Source: a virus. Taken from it: a stretch of DNA of 64,000 nt. Positions 56,772 through 64,000 of this stretch are shown one piece after another (position 1 is the first letter of the stretch; every line of letters starts with the position of its first letter). The DNA lies in IMG/VR virus record IMGVR_UViG_3300026382_000175, positions 16,915 to 80,914 of that record. One strand, 5' to 3'. The position numbers were made by a program, and so were the translations under genes. The notes below the pieces were generated by a model. The model had not been told where the DNA came from. It searched no databases and was given only the letters and a program-made list of their open reading frames with translations.

Positions 56772-57069
56772 TTGATACTCCTTGTTGGGTGATCAATCTA
56801 CAAGACTGTAAATAATTTTGGAGAAGAATTAAGTACTGAGAAACTTGATAAGCAGAATCTGAATCATAGCAGTAATAGACTTTATTGTTCAGGTTAACTT
56901 TATATAAATTAACCTGAGGAGGTTGAGGTGGATTGGGAAGTTTAGGTAAATCACATTTATAAACAACTTTGGTTTTATAAACCACTTTAGGTTGACTGGG
57001 TTGAGTAGTAATACAACTACTTAGCAGTAGAGGAATTATTAGAAATAAAATCCTTAAATTGGAGAACAT
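56737..57069 (-). CDS. o-spanin-like lipoprotein
   Basis: Lipobox LLSSC, Pro-rich, overlaps the i-spanin 3' end. Confidence 0.75.
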   Translation of the reverse strand: MFSNLRILFLIIPLLLSSCITTQPSQPKVVYKTKVVYKCDLPKLPNPPQPPQVNLYKVNLNNKVYYCYDSDSAYQVSQYLILLQNYLQSCRLITQQGVSNGNSRTNGQGN

Positions 57070-57469
57070 TGCTTACCTCATCACTAGGATTAACTTCTAC
57101 CTTAATAGTTTGGTTCTTTAAAACTTTGTTAGTATGTTCTAATTTGTGGATAGTAGTTTTTAACTTAGTTAGCTTAGTGATTAAAGAATCTCTTTCTCTA
57201 ATTACTTGTTCACAAGTTTGTCTGTAAGAGTTATAAGTGGAGTAACAGGCTGTAAGTTGAGATTGAATAACTTTGAGTTGGCTGTTAAGGTTATCTATGG
57301 TAGCTTGTTTTTGTTTAATTTGTTGCTTAAGGGAGATAATTTTGTTTTGTAATATCTCAGTCTCTATCTTAAAGAATGTTAGTTCTCCCCAAATGAAGAT
57401 TGTTGATAATAATGCTATACCAGTTCTGCTGAATAGAAACTTTACGAGTATTGTTAAAATTGGTAGCAT
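57017..57469 (-). CDS. i-spanin-like protein
   Basis: N-terminal TM and long coiled coil. Confidence 0.7.
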   Translation of the reverse strand: MLPILTILVKFLFSRTGIALLSTIFIWGELTFFKIETEILQNKIISLKQQIKQKQATIDNLNSQLKVIQSQLTACYSTYNSYRQTCEQVIRERDSLITKLTKLKTTIHKLEHTNKVLKNQTIKVEVNPSDEVSNVLQFKDFISNNSSTAK

Positions 57470-57479
57470 TGATTACCTC

Positions 57480-57845
57480 TTAGTAGGATTTATACATAGG
57501 AATAACCCATACCTTAACAGTTCCTTCAGAAGATAAATCGCCACTCATAGAAATATTAACCTGTAAAGCTTCCTCATTTTGAGCCATAGGAAGGTAAATC
57601 CTATACTTGCCTGCATTAAGAGCTCTTTTATATTCAACTAAGTTAGAACCATCATCCTGCTGAATAGGAAATATTTCACCTGTGGTAACTTCTTTAGCTC
57701 CAAAAGAAACAGTAATAGAATCTTCACTACCTTTAGTATAATCAATGTAAACCATGCAATCCCTTCTAGAATTCTCTACTTCTACTGAAATGCTACTATT
57801 AGATTCAGCAATCTTATTTCCATTCTTATCAAATACTTGGATCAT
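57480..57845 (-). CDS. hypothetical virion-associated protein
   Basis: 121 aa, beta-rich, SD GAGGTG. Confidence 0.65.
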   Translation of the reverse strand: MIQVFDKNGNKIAESNSSISVEVENSRRDCMVYIDYTKGSEDSITVSFGAKEVTTGEIFPIQQDDGSNLVEYKRALNAGKYRIYLPMAQNEEALQVNISMSGDLSSEGTVKVWVIPMYKSY

Positions 57846-57855
57846 TTCTCACCTC

Positions 57856-58269
57856 TTAAGGTAGAAATTTAGTAAGAGGGATATACTTCTCCCTAGTTGC
57901 AAAATAGATCTTATTATCAGGAATAGAGGAATCATTAAGGATTTGTTTATGTAGTTGCTTGATTATACCTAACCAACCAGTCCTAATTCCAACCTTGAGT
58001 AGTTGTTCCCAACTTTCCCTCAAGTCAAATACCTTACAAAGATTCTCTAGTTCAGTATTAAAATCAGATACCCCTTCTAAAATCTTGGCTGAGGACTCAT
58101 AAATAAGTTGACCTATTTTATCTACTGTAAGAGAACCTTTAGAGTAAGTTACAAGTTTGGTAGTGTGAAGTTTCCAATCAGCTTCATCGCTCCTTTGCTT
58201 CCATTCAGGGTAATAACGATGTATATAAACAGTGGTTAACTGAGATAAGACTAATTCCCTTTCAATCAT
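57856..58269 (-). CDS. hypothetical protein (tail-fibre associated)
   Basis: 137 aa, YPEWKQ motif, positional. Confidence 0.55.
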   Translation of the reverse strand: MIERELVLSQLTTVYIHRYYPEWKQRSDEADWKLHTTKLVTYSKGSLTVDKIGQLIYESSAKILEGVSDFNTELENLCKVFDLRESWEQLLKVGIRTGWLGIIKQLHKQILNDSSIPDNKIYFATREKYIPLTKFLP

Positions 58270-58284
58270 AACTTAACTCCTCAA

Positions 58285-59700
58285 TTATTTCTTGAACTCT
58301 TCTTGAGAACCAATTGAATCCATCTCAGTATGCCAATCTACATAAAGTATCGGTAATTCACTGTTGAAAGTGTCATCATTATCAGTCCCTAACCTAGTTA
58401 ATCTGTGGAATACTATCTGGGATAGTGATTTAACTTGGTCAATAGCTCCAAAGTTAAGCAAAACATGTTTACCAATCATATCTTCCGTTATTTCAAAAGT
58501 TTTGGTTATAGTTTTAACATTCTTGTCCGTAGTACTAACTTGCTGATATTCTGAACCAGTATTTATAATTTCTACTGGAATAATTTCCCACTCCAGTTTC
58601 AACCTAACCTTTCCAGGATTAGCATCAGGAGGAATGAAAGAATGTATATGAAACATGCAATTACTATCATATTTAACTGAGTGGTTGAACTGAGTAAAGA
58701 ATGAGATGGAGCTAATAGTATTAGGAGGAAAAGCTAGAGTAGTGAAGGTGGGAGAAATAACTTCAGCATATACAGTGTAATAATCAAGAGGTATTGCATC
58801 AATAGGAACTTGTATGTCATAGTAAGGAGTTTCAGATAAGTTAGTTATTTGAACTAACTTATTTCCTTTTTCATCAGTAGTTACAGAGATATCAATATCA
58901 CTTTCATTAAAGTATCTTCTAACACAAATATAATCTACTAATAGTGGGTTGGATGTAGTGTCTGAGTCACAAACAAATTGGAGGTATTCCCCACCTTTGT
59001 AAAGGATACTTACTGATTTAACTGTTTTATTAACAGTTAGGTTCTTAAAGATAGTCTGGGTAGGTGTTAAAATAGCTTGATAATCATTCCACTTATTAGG
59101 TTGTTGAGAACCATTAGGATAACACAAACTAGTACAGATAGAATGATTACCAGTTCCTTTATCAGAAATTAAATAAAGGGAGCCCAGTCTAATACCTGAG
59201 TCAAAGTCCATATCTTTGGAATACATATTCCATTCTATTACTACATTAGTGGGAATGGATATCTTAGACTTAGTACCAAGGATGTTATTTCCTCCATTTA
59301 CCTTTAAATGACTGTTAGCGTCAAGCCCTCCATACTGGTAAGTCCAAGTATCTTCATCTAAGATATCAAAATCATCGTAAAGGAGGAATACAGCTTTATT
59401 GTTAGCACTACCTGAACCTGGAACGAATTTATAGGTTTTAGTCTCTCTGGGATTAAGAGATGTTTTTATCCAAACTTTATTCTTGTAGACTGCGTATTCA
59501 GTCTTCTGTTCATATTTGGTGGAAGCTAAAGCATATTCAATTATGTTAGGATCACCAGTAATCCTATTAGTTAACTGATCATTAAAGACTGTAGCATTAC
59601 CTGTTAATCTTAAAGAACCATCAGGAGCAAATTCAAATCCAATAGGAAAGGAGGGAGACCCTCCCTTACCTCCTCTGAAAAAGAAGTTTCCTAAACTCAC
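58285..59700 (-). CDS. tail-associated protein with DUF2341-like/lectin insert
   Basis: KVWIK...N.KAVFLLYDDF...VDYICVRRY pattern. Confidence 0.55.
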   Translation of the reverse strand: MSLGNFFFRGGKGGSPSFPIGFEFAPDGSLRLTGNATVFNDQLTNRITGDPNIIEYALASTKYEQKTEYAVYKNKVWIKTSLNPRETKTYKFVPGSGSANNKAVFLLYDDFDILDEDTWTYQYGGLDANSHLKVNGGNNILGTKSKISIPTNVVIEWNMYSKDMDFDSGIRLGSLYLISDKGTGNHSICTSLCYPNGSQQPNKWNDYQAILTPTQTIFKNLTVNKTVKSVSILYKGGEYLQFVCDSDTTSNPLLVDYICVRRYFNESDIDISVTTDEKGNKLVQITNLSETPYYDIQVPIDAIPLDYYTVYAEVISPTFTTLAFPPNTISSISFFTQFNHSVKYDSNCMFHIHSFIPPDANPGKVRLKLEWEIIPVEIINTGSEYQQVSTTDKNVKTITKTFEITEDMIGKHVLLNFGAIDQVKSLSQIVFHRLTRLGTDNDDTFNSELPILYVDWHTEMDSIGSQEEFKK

Positions 59701-59776
59701 TTCTACCTCATTTAATATTGTTTAGAAGTAATAAATGAAACATTAGTTGTCTGATTAAATGATAGTTGTGTATCTA

Positions 59777-60193
59777 TTATTTACTCTCCTTAATACCATA
59801 AATCTCTTTAAAGAGTTTACCTATCTTATCTTGTCTATCCATAAGTTTATCTATTAACTCTTTACCATTTATTAGAAACTCTACATCAGCACGAGTTTGA
59901 ATTGAATGATATTTGCTAAATGCATATTCAATCATTTCACGAGTTTCCTTATCCATCTTATCTTTGATTTCATTTGGGATGGCCTCTTCCCAAATCCTTG
60001 AAAGGAGAGCAAATATAAGGGAAATCATCTTGGCATTGTCTGCGACTGAATCATGTAGGTCAAATACTTCTTCATTTACTCTATAACGTAGCTGGTACTT
60101 CTTATGTCCGTAAGGCTTTTCGTCAGGGATTTCTTTAATCACCCTCTTAAACATGAAAGGTTTTACTTGCTTCTTTTCAATTTTGAATTTCAT
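59777..60193 (-). CDS. hypothetical protein (possible fibre chaperone)
   Basis: Likely start ATG 60193 after AAGGAGG. Confidence 0.65.
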   Translation of the reverse strand: MKFKIEKKQVKPFMFKRVIKEIPDEKPYGHKKYQLRYRVNEEVFDLHDSVADNAKMISLIFALLSRIWEEAIPNEIKDKMDKETREMIEYAFSKYHSIQTRADVEFLINGKELIDKLMDRQDKIGKLFKEIYGIKESK

Positions 60194-60212
60194 TGTATCC
60201 TCCTTATTAAAA

Positions 60213-60339
60213 TAAATAAAGGACTGGAGAATTACTCTCCAGTCCACAAGTCAATTTTGAAGTTATTTACATAAGTATCTTCAATACCTTCAAGTTTGAT
60301 TCTCAACGCTCTACCTTTCTTATTAACAGCTTGGTATCT
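60213..60339. repeat. 127-bp direct repeat, copy 1 (identical to 63874-64000), includes a terminator hairpin
   Basis: Base-by-base identity at offset 3661; GGACTGGAGA/TCTCCAGTCC stem with TTTATTT tail on the minus strand. Confidence 0.95.
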
Positions 60340-63300
60340 TGATTTAATAACATCTTGGTCTGATAAGTAGGTTCTATATTGTAGAGTTTGAGGTTCTGTT
60401 CTTTGAGGAATGATAACTGAGGTTATTGTTGAAGATTGTTCTGGAACTGTAACCACAAACCTAAGAGGCTTTCCACCTACATTAAATACTGTAGAATCGC
60501 TTAGGATGTCAGTGTTGATGCTATCAAAACTTGCAGAATCATTACTAATGTAAGATCTATGGTCGTGGCTATTCGGATTAAGATTTTCTTGCTGTTTACT
60601 AGGGGTATAAAGTGAAAAGTAAACTGTTTTCTCACCAACGGTTATTGACGACGGAACCTTGTCAAAGTCTAGTGGGAGTAATATCAGGTAATCTTCTGTT
60701 GAGGAATAACCACAAATTGCTATGCAATTGTTTGACACATGAATGTCCCTAACTTGGGAAAAATCTGATGCTGTAATGACTAAAAGTTTCTGTTCATTAA
60801 AATCAAAGATGGCTGGATGTTGAGTGGAGCTCTCAACAAAATAACCTGCACCTATTAGTTTATCTCCGTTTGTAGAAAGTTTTGAAATGCGAACTGTATT
60901 GTTCAAATCACTTAAGTAGTATATATATGGCTTTGTGTTAACTGAATCAAAAATCAACCTATCACCAGTTACAATTTTACCAGGTGCAACTGAACTAAAC
61001 TGTACTGATGTCCCATAATATATTTGTTGGTAAGATACGTTAATCAAGTTCAAATCACTAGTGATGTATATTGCTCTTCCGTTAGATTTTTCATAACCAA
61101 CAGCTGTTATTCCATCATGTGTTAAATAAATATCGTAGATTCTTATATTACCTCCTGTAAATCTCTTTCCTGTTGCAAACATAAGATTATGATTTAGTTT
61201 CCTAATGAAACCATAATCTGCTGAATCACCAGATTCATATCCACAAACAAAAATACCTTCTTCATAAACTTCAATATCTGTTAAAGTGGACACAGAGTCT
61301 TTTGCTATTACTACTTCTAATGTTTCGGGATTTATCTTGAGATAGTAACCTAAATTATGATTATCCGAACCAATTGCATAAATATAACCATCAAAATACT
61401 TCATTGATGTGATGGTAATATAACAATTATGCGTATCATCTCGTAGTACTACAGCTTTCTTAAGATTACCAAATTTGTCAAATTTAAACATACAAGATTC
61501 TGCTCCTACATAAACATCAAAACCTACTTGTAAAACTGAACTAAAGTTATGTCTAGTATTCCCATCCTCACTAAATACGAGAGCAAAATCGTTCGTAATA
61601 TCATAAGATGTTACTTGAACAGTATTCCCATTTACTATCAATTCATCACCAACTTTTAGTATGTTACTTAAGTCTTCAGCTAACTCAAAACTGTTAGTTG
61701 TAGCATTCTGAATCTTGTCACTAATGTCTTTATCTTTCCAAAGACATCTATCAGGTGTGGACTCCATCGCAACATAAACTTTGGTTGGTTCTTTCCAAGC
61801 TCTTTGTGGAGGATTGGTAAGGTTGAAGGAGGAAATGTCTGATTGATAGTAGGGATAAACAGAGTCAGGTAAAGAATACTGTAAAACAACATTATTTGGG
61901 TATTCACTAACAACAAACATCTTGTGTCCATCTGAACTAAAGAAAAGCCCATTCAAAGAGGATTCTCCCTCAACGCTAACAGTAGTTGTATGTTTAGCAG
62001 TTGTGATATCCCAAGGTTTACTAAGCGAAAATTCAACAATTTTTGAGCCACTATGACCAGTAACGAATAATTTCTTACCATTAGGAGAGAAGAAAAGCTG
62101 ATGGGGAGGGTTAAAAAAGCTTGACATATCCAAACTCACACCTGAATAACTCATTGTTGTAACATCCCAAGGAACAGATAAGTTATACAGGCGTATGCTT
62201 TTTGTTGTACCTTCTGAAACAAAAAGCATATTTCCTTCTGTGTTAAAGAACATACCTAAAAATGCGTTAGCACTATCAGAAGAAAAATCTTTATAACCTG
62301 CAGATACACGACTAGTTATATCCCATGGTGTAGTTAAAGTGAACTTATTTAATCTATGTTTATCTTGAGAATAAATAAATACTGCTGTTCCGTCCTCTTT
62401 AAAAAAGATAGCTGTAGGATCTAAAAAATCCATTTCAGCTATCTTATTAAAAGACGAAATATCCCAGGGATTAGACAAACGAAACTGGTAAATTTTATTA
62501 GTATCGGTGCTGGGTGATGTTATATACATATACTGTCCATCACTTGAGAAAAATACATTGTTTGGGAAATCAGTTACACTACTTATATCTTTGCTGATTT
62601 CAAGCACAGCCTCACTAATGTGCGACTCATTAAGACTAACACCTTCTATCTCTCCTTCCTTAACTCCATCCACACTGTTATACAGTATAACTTTTTCACC
62701 AGTCACAACTTCATCCATTGTTTTTAAGGTATTCTTATCAGAACCTGATAATACTTTAATCTCTTTGAGCTTTTCAGTAACAGTTACCTGATATTGATAC
62801 CAATCATTATCAGTTTCTTCTTGTTCAAAAGGAATAGATACCCAGACTGAAGGAAAGTCCTTCTTAAACGCCTTCTGAGGAACAGTTGATAGAGAGAAAG
62901 AAGAAATATCAATAGAACAACGGAAAAGGGAATATTGATAAACCTTGTCAGTTCCAGAATCTATGGTATACAATAAACATCCATCAGAAGATATACACAT
63001 TCCATATGAGCCTGTTACTTTAAACGCAACTCCACTATATGTTGCAGAAGAAACATCCCAAGGTTCAGATAGGTTATACTGATATACCTGTTTGTTTCCC
63101 CCACCAAAAACGAACATTTTTGTCCCATCTACGGAAAAGGCCAAGTCTCTGGGGGAATCTTGTGATTGTATGGAAAAACTTTTATTACTATAACTTGCAG
63201 TAGATAAGTCCCAGGGAGTGGAAAGGTTATATTGAAGAATGGAGGAATTTTTAATATCTCCCACCCAGAACTTTGTTCCATCAGGACTGAAAAATAGTCC

Positions 63301-63852
63301 AGCAGGTTGAGTTGTTTGAGATGCCAAAGAGAAAGTAACGTTAGCATAATTTGCTGTGCTAACGTCCCATGGAGTTGTCAAGTTATACTGGTATATTTTA
63401 CCTGTTGTCCATTCGGAAACATACATCTTTTTACCATCTGGAGAGAAGAACAAACCTTGAGGAGCATCTTGGGTTAGCTCTGAATTCAAAGAAAACTCCT
63501 TACTAAATTTCGCAGATGATACATCCCAAGCTCTCTCTAATTCATATTGAAATATAGTCTTTTCACTACCACCAACCACATACATTGTGGAACCATTAGA
63601 AGAAAACCTTACAAAGGCTGGGGAAGAAGTTTGGGCACTAATATCATAATTAATTCCAGTATCCCCAGCTTCGCTCAAATCCCAAGGAGCTCCTTGTTCA
63701 GTAACACTGCCAGCATTGCCATTAATATATTTATTACCGTCAAACAAAACGATTTCTTCATTTTCCTTTATTTTAGCAATAGTTATGAGAGTTGTTGCGT
63801 CTGAACCAGACAAAATGGGTATCTCCTTCCAACCACCTTTCAATGCTTTCAT
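60232..63852 (-). CDS. tail fibre / receptor-binding protein with beta-propeller repeats
   Basis: Many F(S)xDG...Y.L..PWD.S.A repeats in two blocks plus a third propeller; likely start ATG 63852 after GGAGGAG. Confidence 0.8.
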   Translation of the reverse strand: MKALKGGWKEIPILSGSDATTLITIAKIKENEEIVLFDGNKYINGNAGSVTEQGAPWDLSEAGDTGINYDISAQTSSPAFVRFSSNGSTMYVVGGSEKTIFQYELERAWDVSSAKFSKEFSLNSELTQDAPQGLFFSPDGKKMYVSEWTTGKIYQYNLTTPWDVSTANYANVTFSLASQTTQPAGLFFSPDGTKFWVGDIKNSSILQYNLSTPWDLSTASYSNKSFSIQSQDSPRDLAFSVDGTKMFVFGGGNKQVYQYNLSEPWDVSSATYSGVAFKVTGSYGMCISSDGCLLYTIDSGTDKVYQYSLFRCSIDISSFSLSTVPQKAFKKDFPSVWVSIPFEQEETDNDWYQYQVTVTEKLKEIKVLSGSDKNTLKTMDEVVTGEKVILYNSVDGVKEGEIEGVSLNESHISEAVLEISKDISSVTDFPNNVFFSSDGQYMYITSPSTDTNKIYQFRLSNPWDISSFNKIAEMDFLDPTAIFFKEDGTAVFIYSQDKHRLNKFTLTTPWDITSRVSAGYKDFSSDSANAFLGMFFNTEGNMLFVSEGTTKSIRLYNLSVPWDVTTMSYSGVSLDMSSFFNPPHQLFFSPNGKKLFVTGHSGSKIVEFSLSKPWDITTAKHTTTVSVEGESSLNGLFFSSDGHKMFVVSEYPNNVVLQYSLPDSVYPYYQSDISSFNLTNPPQRAWKEPTKVYVAMESTPDRCLWKDKDISDKIQNATTNSFELAEDLSNILKVGDELIVNGNTVQVTSYDITNDFALVFSEDGNTRHNFSSVLQVGFDVYVGAESCMFKFDKFGNLKKAVVLRDDTHNCYITITSMKYFDGYIYAIGSDNHNLGYYLKINPETLEVVIAKDSVSTLTDIEVYEEGIFVCGYESGDSADYGFIRKLNHNLMFATGKRFTGGNIRIYDIYLTHDGITAVGYEKSNGRAIYITSDLNLINVSYQQIYYGTSVQFSSVAPGKIVTGDRLIFDSVNTKPYIYYLSDLNNTVRISKLSTNGDKLIGAGYFVESSTQHPAIFDFNEQKLLVITASDFSQVRDIHVSNNCIAICGYSSTEDYLILLPLDFDKVPSSITVGEKTVYFSLYTPSKQQENLNPNSHDHRSYISNDSASFDSINTDILSDSTVFNVGGKPLRFVVTVPEQSSTITSVIIPQRTEPQTLQYRTYLSDQDVIKSRYQAVNKKGRALRIKLEGIEDTYVNNFKIDLWTGE

Positions 63853-63873
63853 ATACTCCTCCATTAATTAGTG

Positions 63874-64000
63874 TAAATAAAGGACTGGAGAATTACTCTC
63901 CAGTCCACAAGTCAATTTTGAAGTTATTTACATAAGTATCTTCAATACCTTCAAGTTTGATTCTCAACGCTCTACCTTTCTTATTAACAGCTTGGTATCT
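63874..64000. repeat. 127-bp direct repeat, copy 2: 3' end and terminator of an upstream paralogous fibre gene (truncated by window)
   Basis: Encodes RYQAVNKKGRALRIKLEGIEDTYVNNFKIDLWTGE*, identical to the end of 60232-63852. Confidence 0.9.

Noticed and set aside
57273-63804. Small ORFs overlapping lysis and tail genes (57273, 58364, 61680, 62507, 63129, 63547)
   Set aside because: Contained within or opposite longer, well-supported genes
1-64000. Stop-codon reassignment
   Set aside because: Long genes are intact in the standard code and all three stop codons are used; the breaks seen are frameshifts, not in-frame stops

Overview
About 64 kb of an AT-rich, CpG-poor tailed-phage genome (probable myovirus with a distantly T4-like head module; host probably a Gram-negative thermophile, inferred only). 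Left arm (minus strand, 1-15.3 kb): head and packaging genes (neck, gp23-like major capsid, protease-scaffold, portal, terminase), a ferredoxin and a LAGLIDADG homing endonuclease. 15.5-23.1 kb (minus): resolvase, nrdB, nrdA, thyX. 23.3-53 kb (plus): transcription regulators, candidate origin with a PrimPol-like protein, SSB, RecA, helicases, primase, dUTPase, flap nuclease, UDG-fused DNA polymerase A with an HNH intein, ECF-like sigma factor, SbcD/SbcC, methyltransferases, ParB, SLT. 53-64 kb (minus): baseplate, lysis and tail-fibre genes. Most striking unannotated signal: a terminated minus-strand intergenic RNA at about 15.36-15.52 kb with two tandem antisense modules. One is a perfect 22-nt complement of the sigma-factor RBS and start codon; the other pairs with the PrimPol RBS and first 10 codons, with every substitution a G-U wobble. 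Together with 11 copies of a CCTGAA-N16-GTTTAG promoter, this suggests a sigma/antisense-RNA feedback circuit. Also seen: a pseudoknotted three-way-junction RNA between terS and terL, a shared N-terminal capsid-targeting-like leader on about 10 proteins, twin 71-bp palindromic sites 27 kb apart, and an exact 127-bp repeat linking tandem tail-fibre genes. All protein calls come from motif recognition by eye; no searches were run.
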